From NCBI GenBank assembly GCA_031835245.2, contig JAVKOQ020000014.1:310001-374000 (forward strand): a DNA stretch of 64,000 nucleotides, read 5' to 3'. Shown in pieces: positions 13,401-26,603 of the stretch. Numbering within the stretch: position 1 is the first letter of the stretch; each line of letters starts with the position of its first letter. The notes beneath the pieces are model-generated. The model did not search any database. It saw only the letters and a program-made list of their open reading frames with translations, and was not told the DNA's origin. This stretch comes from Balamuthia mandrillaris. Its lineage: Eukaryota. The position numbers and the translations under genes are program-made.

Positions 13401-16400
13401 ATAAAAGTTGAAGTCGTTCCACTAATTCGCATTTTTTGTTATCTTCGTTTTTGTTGTGTTTTTCTTTCGTTATTTCTGTCTCTGAAGAAGTATTGTTGTT
13501 ATCTCGTAGAAGCGAAGAACGGACCATGATCTTAATGACGCGTTGTTCGGAGAGGTGTTCCAAGAGAACTTTTTCTTCGCCCTTGGCGACCAGAAGACCG
13601 CCTTTCCACCAAGTTCTTGCCTCAAGGTTGAAGCTCATGATACGAACCATCAAACGACCAAAGAAACCTTGTGGCAAGTAGGCGAATTCGTACGTTCTTC
13701 CAAACTCACGAATGCCATCTTCTAAACGACGTGACGGCCATAACTGTTTGTGGTGGTTTATGTTAAAAGGTTTAGAAAGAATGACGGAAACAGCGAAGGG
13801 AAGCTAAAAGAGAAGGAAAAGAGAAAGGAAGAACACATACCATGCGGATCAACTTTTCGGGACGTTCACTAGTCAGCAACGAGGGAATAAGAATGAGGTC
13901 GTGATTTCTTTTGGTTTGGTGTCGTCGTCTCAAAATGCGTCGTCGCTGATTTCTTCCTTTTTCTTCCTCTTCTTCTGTATTCTTCCTCTTATTCTTCACT
14001 TCGTGTTCATCTCGCTCCGTCCCATTTTCTTCATCATCCTCTTCTTCCGAGTTGTCTTCTTCCTCTTCTCTGTCGATTTCTTTCAAGCGAAGTTGTTCTC
14101 TTCCGCTTCTTTCTTCACGATGAAACATATCTCGAATTGAAGGAGTAAAGAGAGGATGAAAGGGTGCAACGCAACCGGAAACCTTGGTGGCCTCCAAATT
14201 AGCGGCAATGCAGAAAACATGACAACTCCGTTGCGAACATGCCCAGTGGCTTTGCTTCTGAACAACGCGCCAAGAACATCTGCCAACCAACGTGGGTCCA
14301 GTATTACCATTTTTCCTGCTTGTTCCTCTTCTGCGTGCTCCCTTTCCTGTTGTCTTTTCTTTTCGTTTTTCTTTGCTTCACCTGAAACTTCAGTTTCGTT
14401 TCGTTCTTGCATTCCCTCAATTTTTGCTTCTTCGGTTTCATTTTCATCATCAACGTTGATAAGGTCAGCTGAAGAATGATCGTTTTGTTGAAGCATCATT
14501 TCTTCGCCAAAGTAGAGTATCTTTCCGGCGTTATGCAGCATCTTTGTGGCGACTAGCAAGTTGTGTTCACTCGTGAGGAGACACAAGCGCGCTATGTCTC
14601 TATATTTTGTCCATGAAATAACTGGAGGCGAAGAAGAAGCAGTTACTTGTTGTTCTTCGTTATCTCTCATTATTTCTGCTTCTCCTTCTGTTTCTCCTTG
14701 TGAAGGACATGAAGAAGAAGATGATGGTGAAGGAGAAGGCGGAAGAGCAGAACAAGAATGAGCAGTTGCATGATTATGTAGTTGAGGGGAAATATCTGTA
14801 ACTTGAATCGAAATGGTGGTTGGCAATGAAGAAGAAGATGACGCCAAAGATGATGAAGGCGACGATGAAGCAGAAGAAGGCGAGGAAAGGGCAGAAGGGG
14901 AGGAATAAGCCAACACAGAAGAAGTAGAAGCAGCTTTCAATCGATCCTTTTCAGTCATCAACACTTTTTCAAACTCGAAAAAAGAACTGGGAAGTGCTTT
15001 GCCTACGTGGGGCTGTTGTCCAACAATTTGAGCGAGATCGTTCCAAAGTTTACTGAGATTAAATGTAGAGGCAGAAGAGGAAGCGGAAGGTGACGAAGTT
15101 GCGAGAGACACAAAAGAGATGCTTTTGATGTTGTATTGCGCGTTGGAGCAGTAAAAGGACAGAAGACGTTCTTCCCATGACTTCAGATAGGCTGACGTGC
15201 AACTGGAACTCTCTAAATGGGTTCCAACTAGCATGATTGGAGCATCCCTTGCTCTTGCGTCGATTGCTCGAAGCCTTTTTGTTGCAAGGGAATGTTAGAT
15301 GACGATAAAAAAGAAAAGAGAAGGAATGAACCAGTAATCCAAGTTGGCATAACTATCTGGCAGCGAGAGATCAAAGACTAATACGTAGACAGCATCAGGA
15401 GTAAGGAAGAACTGGTGTGTGCCCATTTCTATTGCTTGGGGTGAAAAATCCTGTTTTAAATAATGAGTCATAAGTAACGAGGTAGAAGAAGAAAAGGCAA
15501 GATAGAACAAGAGAGAAAGAGATGCTCTTACCCAAGTTGTTATTTCAACGTCGTGCCATTTTTCGGATGTCGAAGGCGAAGCGGAAATAGTTGCAGTGTC
15601 CTGATCATTCATATCAGGAGTTTGCAACTTCGCTTCTATACACAATCTTCCTATAGATATGTCTCTTCTCTCTCTGTCTTCTTCCTCTTCATCGTCATCA
15701 GTGTTGTTGGAGAGACCTGTTCCACTATTGCCTTTGATGATCCGTTTTATAAGCGGAGCTTTTTTGGGTGGAGTTGACGGACTATTCGACGATCTGATGC
15801 AAGAAGAGAGAGATGAGCTTCATTACCTTATAATTGAAACGAAAGAAACCAATGGAGACTTACAAAGCATCTGAAGTCCGTTTTGAATTTTCTGGTACTT
15901 TCTTCGATATCCGGGAGAGGTATTGCAGTAGGCTTGTCTTTCTGTAACGAGAGAAGATAAGAAAACAAAGCAAAAAAAGAACAGAATGCGATACGAACCC
16001 AACTTTCTCCTGGCCAACCACAATAAGTTTGGAGCGGAAAAAACTATCCTTGCCTTTGAGAAGAAGGGCCAAGAACTGCAGAACTGCATCTGGTCCTTCT
16101 TTTAACACCAACTGCGGCGGAGAGGTGATACCATCACAACCTATAATAACAAAAAGAAGAAAAAAAAAAGTAAACGTAAAACAAAATGAACAAAAAAATC
16201 AAATTAAATCTCTCTCTTCCTCTTCCTCCCTTCCGCTACCTCTCCCTTTTACTTTTACTGAGGAGAACGAACCACGAAGCAAAAGACGCCCGCCCTTGCT
16301 GGAATACAAGTTCTCCAAAAAGGCTAATTGCGAGGGCAGCTGCCTCAACCCAGGATTATAGCTCAAATCCAAGAATGACAGGTTCGGCTTCAATACTCCA

Positions 16401-19400
16401 ATTTCAGGAGCAATGTACTCCAAATTATTGTTGCTAAGGGCGAGTTGCTTCAAGCTGGTGAATCGTTGAACTTCGGCAGGAACAGAAGTTAACAAGTTGT
16501 GATCCAAATGAAGTTCTTCAAGTGAAGAACAGCAACAAGATGGAAACAGGATAAGGTTGTTGTGGCTTAAGTCTAGCAACCGAAGATGAGTCAGTTTGGA
16601 AAAGAGCGTTGTTGGAAGTTGGTTTGCTTGAACATCTCTCAAACGAAGTTCAGTCAGAGTTGAAAAGATGGAAGAAGAGGGAGATGCAAAAAGTTCAGGA
16701 GGAAGCAGCAATGAATAGGATGAAGAAGAGGATGACGGAGGAGATAAGCAGTTTCCACTGAAATCAAAGAAACGAAGCGAAGATAGCTGGCTGAGAGGTT
16801 CGCGAAGAGCTGGACAGAACGTCTCTTGGTTCAACAGATTGTCTGCCAAGTCCAAAAACGTCAAGTTCTTCAACTCCAAAAAGAGATTTGGTGGAAATAA
16901 CAGTGAATGTGAAGATGACGAGGATGAAGAAGGAGGAGAAGATAAAGCGGCAAACGGAGAAAGTCCAAGACGATTACCGTGAAGGTTGAGATAAGTGAGG
17001 TTGCTGAGTTTCGCGATGAACGAAGGAAAGGGTCGATCTCTGCAGAGCTCCACATTACCCGAGAGGTCTAAATGACGAAGTTGCTGCAAGTTGGTCAAGT
17101 TTGGAGATAGAAGAGAAAGTTTGTTGTTCGCCAGATCCAAAAAAGTTAAGCTGGTCAATACTTTAAAGTCGGTTGGAACGCACTGTAGTTGATTGTCACG
17201 AAGATCGAGAGAAGTCAAAGTGGAGGAGAGATGGCGGAGCGAGAGAAGGAAAAACATGTTGAAGGAAAGAAGAGAGTTATTGGAGAGACAGAGAGAAGAA
17301 AGTCGAGAGAGAAGACCAAAGAAAAAAGTGGGCGCTGTGATGAGATTGTTGCGAAGATCGAGAGAGGTTATAGACGCGGAAAGATTGGCGAGTTCCTCTG
17401 GTATGAAGTGCATCGCTCTATTCATCATATTTAATGCCAAATTGGCTGCTATAGGTGAAGAAGAAGAAGAAGGAACGGAGGAAGAATTGGCAGAAGGAGA
17501 TGAAGTGAAAGTGGTAGCGGAACATCGTGGTGAGTCCTTTGTGTTGACTAAATAGGCGTCTTTCGAAGAAGGTTGAAGCATGGGTTTTGGTATCGTCTTT
17601 CGGATTGAGGAACGAATGTTCACTGTTCGCGTTTTGTTGGTCTCTGCGAGGAAGTACGAACTCCAAAACGTGACTTCTTCTTCCACAGGAAAGATTGGTG
17701 GCGGTGCCATTAACGGTTGAGAAGATGACGAAGAAGATAGAATAGGAGATGGCTCGTAGAAAGCATTCAAGAAGAGAGAAACATTTGCATCCACAAAAGT
17801 CCAAACGGAGACGGTGCTGGCGTGAAGCTTTGCAGCATTAGCTTGTTTCTCAGAGTCGACGAGAAAAGTGCCAAAACGAGAAGAATAGAGAGAGTCCAAC
17901 AAGAAATGAAGGAGGGACTCGGAGAATTCAAAGAGGCGAGGAAACTGGTTCCATAGTTGCCATACGCAATCCATCCATTGTACGAATATAAATGACTTTT
18001 CTCCTTTTCTTCTATGTGAGTCAAACTTGTGACCTTGTTGTTTGTTAGAGAAGCAAGAGAGGAGCAGAAAATTAGAAGAGAAAAGCAAAAAGAGAGAGAC
18101 AAGAGAGAGCAGAAACATACCAAAGTTGAGCCACTCTTTCGTGATCAGGGCAGCAAAACCTTTGATGGTGCGATAGTAAGGATCCATGCAAAGCTGCGCC
18201 AAAGCCACCACTTGTGTAACGCTGTGAGTTCCCTTAGTGTTTTGCACAATCACCGACTCTCCTTTCACCAACAACGTCACAACTTGTTGAACGCAAGACA
18301 AAATCTTCTTGATCTGTTGCAACCAATTCGAACGTTTAACTTGCCATATGAATGAACGATGATATTTATGATATTTGCAGCTGTCTCGAAGCGACGGAGA
18401 AGTAGAAGAAAGCGAAGAAGAGATTGACGGCGAAGAATGAGAAGAAGATGATAAAGAAGGAGAAGAAATAGTGAAAGAAGAAGGAGATGAAGGAGGAGTG
18501 AGAAGAGAAGAAGAAGAAATGAGGTTGGTAGAAGTAGAGGATTCCAAGGCGACGCCAAAGGAGGATATGGTGTCGCTAAGTTGTTGAAGGCTGGCTTCCA
18601 CTTGAAAGGGAAAAGGAAGGTCAAACACGGAGAGACTACAGCGAAGACCTTGTGATAGTTCTAATTTGTTCGTTTCTGGAGAGCGAGAGGAGAGAAGAGA
18701 GAACATGTTAATACGAGTTACGCAAAGAAATAGACACAAGAAAAGAAAGAAACATGAATGAAAAAAAAAATTAGTCAAGCAGAGAATGGTGCAAAGAAGA
18801 TCTAAAGAACCACATAATTAAAAGTTGTACCTTTGCCAGAAGACAGCCGTGCTCCCAAGTTCGTATCGATTATATGTACAGCATCGTCACAGCCTCTCAT
18901 CGCCCAAATATGTTCCAATAACACTCCATCTGATGCAGAAGAGATCGAAGAGGCTGAGGAAGAAGATGATACAGAAGAGGGAGAAGCGGAAGAAGGGGAA
19001 GAGGAAGAAGAGGAAGAAGATTTGTTGCTGCCACCAGCAAGACCCATTTTGCACAACTTCTTTTTGAGGGAGGATAAAGTTGTGCAAGAATTGGAGCCAC
19101 GAAAGAGAAATGCAGTTTGTACATGATTGGTGGTGTATGGATTTTTCCAACATAAAGCAATTGTTCGACCTTTGAAACTTGCTTCTGCGGAGGAAGCAAG
19201 CTAAAAAACGATACATCAAAAAAAAAAAAAAGATTAATTGATGAAAGTCGTAAGAGTGCGAATACATACCTCAACATCGCTGCAAGTCTTCGGTACAAGC
19301 CACTCTGCCGGATAACTCGGACATATTCTGTACTTCTCGTTTGCAGTCGACACGCGCCACTGAGTCTCCGCCAGCCGTTGCCTCTGGAAGAACTCGCTGC

Positions 19401-20920
19401 GTATGGAGTAAGCCGGCCATCCGGCAAGTTCTGAAGTGAGGCCAAACTTCTCCCCGTTTTTGAAGGCGAAGAGGTCGTTTGGGCTTTTGGCGGAAATGTA
19501 ATGTTTTATGAGCTTATGAATGGTTCTTGGATTGGTAGAAGAGGGAGAAGTGGAAGAGGGCGAGGAGAATGAATTATGTTGTGTTTGTGGTGCGTTGCTC
19601 AACTCAACTTGGATGTGATAAGTGCAAAAGTTTTTACAATGAAGAACAAGGTGAACGATAGTGGAAGAAGAGGAGTGGGTGGTATTATTGTTGGTGTTGG
19701 TGTTGGAATAATCCATCGAAGAGATCAAAGTGTAAGGAATGGATTCGGAATGGTCCTCCTTTAACGATTGGAAAGAACAAGTGAGAAGCGAGATGTGAGC
19801 AACGCGAAACAAGGAAACAAGAGCAGAATCGAGAAAACAAAAGAAACAAGCAAACGGAAACAAACGAAGGCCAGACATACCAGCCTACGAGGACAAAAGT
19901 AGATACGATAATTGGTGAGATGGAGCTCTCCAGTGTATCTAGTGTCTCTATTAACGATTTTTGTTCGGCTGATCAAAGCATTTGGGAATGAGGCCACCTT
20001 CTCTTCACCCGGCAAAAATGGATTACATTCCTCTTCCTATGCACACATTTAAATCACAAGATAAAGTTAAAAAATCAAATAAAATGAAAATAAACAACAC
20101 GAACCAAACCTTTGAAGCGAGTTGTGTAGCCACTGAAACCATTTTATAACTCTTCTTAATCTTGCTAATCTGTTGAACTAGGTCTTCCTGTACGGTCTCT
20201 TCATCTTGCTCTTCTGTCACATCACTCCTCTTCATCACCGCTTTCAAAAAGGAGTTCGCGTCATCTCTACCTTCCTCTTCTTGCTTCTTGGTGATGATGC
20301 TAATCGTTTTGGGAACGTGATGAATGTCCTCAAAGCTTCGATGTGTTACTGTTCCCACTAACTCTACCGTTACGCCAGTCTTATTCTTTCTTTGCTCAGC
20401 TTTCTCTCTCTTTGCCTTCCTTCCGGACTCCTCTCCTCCTTTCCCTTCTCCTTTTCCTCCTTCTTCCTCCGCACCAAAGTGGACAAGAATCAGTTGACGA
20501 AGTCCTTGTACCCAATAGTCCTTCTCCTCCCTTGAAGTGGTCCTCAACGTCATCCTCTGTCCTTGCCTCGTCACCAAGCTAAACTCATGCCAGGGCGTTA
20601 TCACTGTAGTTGCTACTGCCGTCGTTTCTGTAGAGGTAGCAGAAGAAGCGGAAGCAGAAGATAGAGGGTGATGGTCATGAACGGCCTCGATTTGGGAGAA
20701 GAGGAAGTTGCCGAGCGGTTTGTCAAAGGAGCATTGGTTCTTGTAGTAATAGAGCCCGGGTCCCACCTGCAGGAACCAGCGCTTCTTCCAGGCGGCGTGC
20801 TTGTGGAGGAAGAGCGGCTTGGAGGAGCTGGCATTGACCTTGGGCTTCTTCCAGAGCCACCCTTGCAGCCGCCGCTGTGAAAAGGCAGGATAAGACAGCG
20901 TAAAGAGAATGGAGAGAGCA

Positions 20921-20953
<33 letters not shown>

Positions 20954-21369
20954 AGAAAAGAAACGTAGTAAGCGGTTAATATAAGATAAAAAAATGTGTA
21001 AGAGATGGGAAGAGAAGAGCTTTTCAAAAGAGAGCAGGCAGGAGAGGGAAAAAAAAGAACCTCGTTTGTGGCGTCCATAGAATAAAGCGGATGAAATTTT
21101 TTTTAAAAAAAAAACCCACTGATGACCGGTCTTTTTTTTTACCGATATGGAGCAGTAGTGAGGGCTCTATCCTATGTGCTGATGCGATAGTTGTGAGAAA
21201 AAAAAACAAACAAAGGAAAAGAAAGCGAACCTTACTTTTAAGTTCTGTTGACTCAGAAGAAGGCGCACCACAAACCAAAGGTGGTTCGTGTGTTGCGAAG
21301 AAGCTTGAGGTCTCTGTGTGCGCCTTTTTTGTTTTATTTTCTTTTTCGTAATTACCACTTCATATCCAT
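10479..21369 (-). CDS. Roco kinase: PH-GRAM-inactive myotubularin-LRR-Roc-COR-TKL kinase (Pats1/IMLRK-like), multi-exon; first exons uncertain
   Basis: PH (LQGWLWKK...WKKRWF...EKDYWVQGL); GRAM (GELHLTNYRIYF); myotubularin (WRVSTANEKYRICPSYP, LCMDPYYRTIKGFAALITKEWLNFG, FGTFL); many LxxLxLxxNxL repeats; Roc (KLIVVGQEKVG|KTSLL, THQFFLT, LVGTH); COR (VILDPRWLADVL, LPQGFFGRLMVR); kinase (GEGAFAKVYKG, VAIKKL, HRDLKSPN, DFG, WLAPE). Confidence 0.92.
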
Positions 21370-21549
21370 GTCGTCTCGAAGTGTCGACAAAAGGGTTATA
21401 ACGTCGACAAAACAGAAAATAATTTGGATTTTCGATGAATGGTGCTTTGAAATCACTTTATGGAGATCGTGATCGAGGTTTACCTGCCATTCTTGGGCTG
21501 TTTGTCATACTTGCCATTCTTGTCGACACTTAAGTGTAACGGTGGAGGC

Positions 21550-22688
21550 ATGAAGGCTGCGCTGAACCAAGACCCTAGCCTTGGTGCTGGTGGCCTTCTC
21601 TCTTTGGAGCTGCTGCAGGCGGTCTTTGATCTCTTGGCCTTCAAACACGTGGCCACCAGTTGCTGTTACGTCTGTCGGCATTGGAGGGCGGCAGCGGAGG
21701 ACCCTCACTTTTGGTACCGCTGCTTTGCGAAGTGGCAGCAGAGCTGCATAGACCTTCCCGCGAGGCAGAAAGTGCAACTGTTTCCATGGCCACAACTGAG
21801 GAAAGCTGGCATTTTTTCGTTGGACGACTTGCTCTTTGTGGAGACAGTTCCTTGGAAGCACGTATTCTTGAAGGTATTGTTTTCGTACTTCTTCATGTTC
21901 TTCTTCTTGTTCTGCTTCTTCATCGTTCTTCTTCTGCTTCTTCTTCTTCTGCTTAGTCTTCTTCTTGTTCTTCTTCTTCTTCTTCTTGTTCTTGTTCTTC
22001 TTCTTGTTCTTGTTCTTCTTCTTTCTTCTTTCTTCTTCTTCTTTCTTCTTTCTTCTTCTTCTTCCTCCTTCTTCGTTCGTCGTTCTTCTTTTGTTCTTCC
22101 TGTTCTTATGCATCATAGTCGTTCTACTCTAAAAGCATAAGCATCAACGAGGAGTCCGCTAACATCCTTGGCCACCCCGCCTTTGCATTCGATATCATCG
22201 CTCACACGGATGTTACGCTCACCCGCCTGCCCTTCCACTCCAAAATCGATGACAGCTCACCTCCTCTCGAAGTGAGGCTCTTTTACAATTGCAACGGGCT
22301 TTCAAACCATGAGCACTCCTTTCGTGGTTGGAGGCCTCTTCCACCGAAGTCCGTCTTTCGTTGGAGTGATGGGGAACAAATGGAAGAAAGCAAAGCGGTA
22401 CGACTCACCATTCCAGAAACAACAGGAGGAGGAGAAGCTTCCTCTCTCAACGTGAAACTCAGCAAAGGGTCCACCACAGCAGTCTACATTCAAACCAACC
22501 ATTCCGCTGGGATCTGTTTGACCCCTTCAAAGCATCAAATAGGAGAGGTGCATGCTGCTGGACCGCACCTGTCGATTTGTGCTGGCGTTCATTATGCCTC
22601 GCTTTTGCCATTCGCCAACGCTAGAAAAGGAGAAGCATATGAGTTTGTTGGCAGGATAGAGTATGAGCCTGTTCTTGCAAAGGAGTAA
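21550..22688 (+). CDS. F-box protein with unrecognised C-terminal domain (one intron, ~21873-22134)
   Basis: LSLELLQAVFDLLAFKHVATSCCYVCRHWRAAAEDPHFW matches the F-box pattern; the intron is (TTC)n-rich. Confidence 0.75.
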
Positions 22689-22759
22689 TAAAAGTGCGTT
22701 GAAACGTTGACTCTCTTCTTTTTCTTTTGAACAGTCTTGTGTCACCTTTTCTTTCTCTT

Positions 22760-24229
22760 TTACCATGAGCAAATGCCAAGGTCCTCTAATATCTCCTCCA
22801 ACTCCTCGTCCCTAAAGCCCCTCGCGTTTTGCCTCACATAGGCCTCGCTAAAGGGACAACCATTTCTCAGCAGCCACTTCACCATGGGCCAATCCCTGCA
22901 TCCTACCGCTATAGTGACCACGCTCTTGTTCCAAGGGCACCCGTTCTCATGCGCCCAACGCAACAACTCCAAGTATCCCTTGTCTGCTGCCATCTTTGCA
23001 GTCTCCACGTCCCAAGGGCATTCGTTGGCTCTCAACCATTTCAGCGCATCCAAACGGTTGTCGCTGGCTGCATCCACGCAGAAGATGGGGTCATCAAACA
23101 GGCAACCGTGCTCCTTCATCCACTCCAACACGTTGACGTGGCCAGCGGCCACTGCTGTTCTGGAATGCGATTCCAATGTCCAAATGCCTTTGTTTTTCCA
23201 AAGCCAATCCAGCACGTCCACATGACCATGAATTATGGCCTCGATTCTTGCCTTCTTCAGGTCTTCCGGACCGTGAGGACAGCTATTGGCATCTGTCCAT
23301 TGAAGCGCGTGCAGGTATCCGTTGGCAGCAGCATTGACAAAGGTCTCCTTGTCCCACTCACAGCCTTGCCCCCTGGCCCACTGGAGCACCTCCAAGTGGC
23401 CGCCCTTTGCGGCAGCAGCACAAGTCTTCTTGTTCCAACTACAGCCCTTCCCCCTTGCCCACTGGAGCACCTCCAAGTGTCCTCCTCGCGCCGCTTTGGC
23501 GCAGGTCTTCACGCTCCATTGGCAGCGGTTCTGCCTGAGCCACTTCAGTACCTCCAAATGGCCTCCACGAGCAGCCGAGGCGCAGGCCTCTGAGTTCCAT
23601 GGACAGTCGTTGGCAGACAACCACTTGAGCACCTCCAAATGGCCGTTGCGAGCAGCTGCTGCGCAGGCATCAGCGCTCCAAGGGGAGCCATGCTCCTTCA
23701 ACCACCTGAGCGTTGCCAGCTGGCCGTACCTCGCTGCCCCCGTGGCCATCCCCTTCGTGGGCTTCTTCTTGATGTGCTCCAGAAGATACTCCAGCACGTC
23801 CGTGCCTCCGAGCTCAGCTGCAAAGACGCAAGCCGTCCTCTCCACGAACCAGGGGTTCCCAAACAAGGGGAAGCCATTGGCCTCTCCCCATTTGACCAGT
23901 TCCAACCGGCTGAATTGGATGCGCTTGGGGAGCTTGTGGCGGAGGTGTTCGGGGCTGCAACGAAACCAACGGCGGCAGGTCCTGGCGGCCCACCCGATGG
24001 AATGCTTGGGAAGGAACCCCAAAACCAGGCGGAGCACCTCGTCCGGCAGGCTCTCCGCTATCAAGCAAACGGATTCTGCTTGCTGCTGTTGTCCACTGGA
24101 GGAGGAAGCCGCGGAGAGACGATCATGGGGTGAGGTTTTCTTTCTCTTGTGTGGCGTGGACGGAACGTTCGGTTCCTCCTCCTCTTCTTCTTCTTGGAGG
24201 GAGTGCTTGTCCGCACAGCTGCGCTTCAT
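22760..24229 (-). CDS. Intronless F-box + GCPW-type ankyrin-like repeat protein
   Basis: F-box LPDEVLRLVLGFLP...AARTCRRWF, then repeats of the form CAAAARNGHLEVLKWLSANDCPW. Confidence 0.9.
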   Translation of the reverse strand: MKRSCADKHSLQEEEEEEEPNVPSTPHKRKKTSPHDRLSAASSSSGQQQQAESVCLIAESLPDEVLRLVLGFLPKHSIGWAARTCRRWFRCSPEHLRHKLPKRIQFSRLELVKWGEANGFPLFGNPWFVERTACVFAAELGGTDVLEYLLEHIKKKPTKGMATGAARYGQLATLRWLKEHGSPWSADACAAAARNGHLEVLKWLSANDCPWNSEACASAARGGHLEVLKWLRQNRCQWSVKTCAKAARGGHLEVLQWARGKGCSWNKKTCAAAAKGGHLEVLQWARGQGCEWDKETFVNAAANGYLHALQWTDANSCPHGPEDLKKARIEAIIHGHVDVLDWLWKNKGIWTLESHSRTAVAAGHVNVLEWMKEHGCLFDDPIFCVDAASDNRLDALKWLRANECPWDVETAKMAADKGYLELLRWAHENGCPWNKSVVTIAVGCRDWPMVKWLLRNGCPFSEAYVRQNARGFRDEELEEILEDLGICSW

Positions 24230-24393
24230 TTCTTTGTTTCTTTCTAAATTCCTCAAAATTTCCACGAGTTTTTATCTTCTTCCACCAATGAAAAATCAAA
24301 AATAAATTAATTTGATATAACCTTATGAGGAATATTGTGACGTAATTAATATTCATATACTGATAAGTTGACGTCACTTCAGAAAGTGGAAAT

Positions 24394-25200
24394 ATGAGAG
24401 AAGAAAGAGCGGCGTTCTCGAGAGGAGAGACGAACTACGTGCTGGGTACTGCTTCCCAAAGTACACGAGCGCCATTGCAGCTCGCACCTGCCGTCGATGG
24501 TTTGGGTGCTTTCCGCCGCAACGGCGAGACAAGCTCTCCGAGCGAGCTATTTGCAAGAGCGCGTAAGCTCAACAGGTTTCGCCTGGACGGAAGCAGCTTT
24601 CGGCGACAAGGAGGCAGCCTGCTGAGTTCACCGTCCCTGTGTTTGAGCGGCTCTTTACAACGTTAGGATCGACAAAGGCAAACTCATGTTTCAGCCATGG
24701 GAAGCGTTGCGATAGTTGGTGGCGATCCGACGTAGGCTTGGGACGAAGATGCGTGCAACGCGGCCACTAAGTCCCATGCTGAAGTGGTTGCTGGAGAGAG
24801 GCTGTCCTTCTGACCTACAGGAGCTGTGTCAAAGCGCAGCAGCATGAGGAAGAGTGGAAGTGTTGCAGTGGGCGCAAGGAAAGGGCTGTTCCCTTTGATG
24901 AGGAGATAGGCAACAGCACGGCAGGAGGAGGCCATCTGGAAGCGCTGAAGTGGTTTGCGAGAGCAAGCATGGCTTTGGAGCTCAAACTAGCCTGAAAGCA
25001 GCAATAGGCGGACATTTGGAAGCGCATCAGTGAACGAAGGACAACGGCTGCCCTTTAAACCCCACCCTCTGCTCGACGGCCGTGCGTTATGTCTGTTGGT
25101 TGGTTGTGGGATGGGCTATCAGGCAAGGCTGTCCCCTTGCATGCATGCGTTCGTCCCTTGCGGTGTGTGTGCCAGCATTTTGAAGAGATGATGGCGAAGC
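24394..25200 (+). pseudogene. Degenerate F-box/GCPW-ankyrin paralogue, head-to-head with the intact copy
   Basis: Fragments in shifting frames with stops: PKYTSAIAARTCRRWFGCFPPQRRDKL, AWDEDACNAA, GRVEVLQWAQGKGC, GGGHLEALKWF, AIGGHLEAHQ*TKDNGCPL. Confidence 0.8.
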
Positions 25201-25610
25201 AAGCAGAAAGAGGCAAAGGTAAAAAAGAAGAGTAACGGTTAGCTGATCTTCGTTAGCTATGGTTGAGTTATCGCTGTGTCAAAAAAAGTTTTTCGTGTGG
25301 TGGTGTGTGAACACATGACCTTGCGCCTATGCTCACTTCTTCGCCGCTCATCAACACTCCTTCACTTCCTCCGTTGGTTTTGGTCTTCTTCTTCTTCCTC
25401 GTCTTCATCACCACCTTTTCCTACTTCTCCTCCTGATCTTCCTTTCACTGCACCTGCCACGAACGAACGAGGCGAGAGCCAAACGGCAGCCAACAACGGA
25501 CCGTGCTCTCCCTCCCCCCTCATCGCTTTCCTCCTCCTCTTCCACCTTTCCTTATGTGAGCCAACCCCCGCCGACGTTTGGTTCAACAAAACAAGGAAAG
25601 ACTGAAAAGG

Positions 25611-26603
25611 ATGCAGAGAGGAAAGGGCTTCTCTCTCCTTCTTCCCCGGATGCCCAAGCCCTTGGGCAGGAGGTTCTGGCTCGCAGCCTTCGCCGCGGCC
25701 TGGTTCTCCCTCGTGGTGCTGCTCTACTCTCGCTTCGTGGCACCGCAGAGCAACAGGTGGGAAACAGGCTTCGCTTCGCGGACGGCGATGGGGGAGGAGA
25801 GGGACTCAGTGGAGGCGTCGTCCCCCAACGCCCGGCCGTTCTTATTTATTGGGGTGCTGAGCACTTCCTCCAACGTGGAACAAAGGGCAGCTCTGCGAGA
25901 AACCTGGATGAGCGACCCGCTGGTCACCAGCGGAACGGTCCTCGTCAGGTTCTTCATCTCCAGCTCCACGGCGCATCTTCTTTCCCCGGAGGAACAGCAA
26001 CAGCTCCGGCACCAGTTCGTTCTGGTGGACTGCGAGGACACCTACGTCGCCATGTACCACAAGTCGGAGGCCATCCTGGAGTACGGCTCCAGCCGGACGG
26101 GTGCACCCTTCGTGATGAAGGCGGACGACGACACGCTCATCTTCCCCGCGCAGCTGGTGGAGTACCTGAGGGCCAACGAACACCGGGCGAACGAGCTGTG
26201 GGTGAGCGGTTGGGTGCAAGACAAGACGGTACCATCGCGTGATGCCAACAGCTTGTTTTACACCCCCAAAAGGGTGTGGAGGGAGGACGTCTTTCCTCCC
26301 TACCCGCAAGGCGGAGGCTACGTGATGACCGCGCCGCTGGCCGGGTTCTTCGCCACCAGGTTGAAGCTGGGCCACTTTCGGCGGCACAACAGGTTCGAGG
26401 ACGTGAGCGTCGGCCTGTGGATAGCGCAGTGCAAGAAGGAGGGGGTGATGATCGCGCTGCAAAGCGATGAGCGGTTCGTGCGGACGGCTTGTGAGGAGGA
26501 CATCAAGCACCCGTTTCACTTGCATCGGTTGAAGGATAGCGAACGGCTTCGCTGCATATGGAAGCGTTACCTGGAGGGCCAAGAGAATATATGCTGTGAT
26601 TAA
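25611..26603 (+). CDS. Intronless GT31 beta-1,3-galactosyltransferase-like type II membrane protein
   Basis: N-terminal TM; LFIGVLS...RAALRETW; FVMKADDDT (DxD); FPPYPQGGGYVM; FEDVSVGLW. Confidence 0.88.
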   Translation: MQRGKGFSLLLPRMPKPLGRRFWLAAFAAAWFSLVVLLYSRFVAPQSNRWETGFASRTAMGEERDSVEASSPNARPFLFIGVLSTSSNVEQRAALRETWMSDPLVTSGTVLVRFFISSSTAHLLSPEEQQQLRHQFVLVDCEDTYVAMYHKSEAILEYGSSRTGAPFVMKADDDTLIFPAQLVEYLRANEHRANELWVSGWVQDKTVPSRDANSLFYTPKRVWREDVFPPYPQGGGYVMTAPLAGFFATRLKLGHFRRHNRFEDVSVGLWIAQCKKEGVMIALQSDERFVRTACEEDIKHPFHLHRLKDSERLRCIWKRYLEGQENICCD

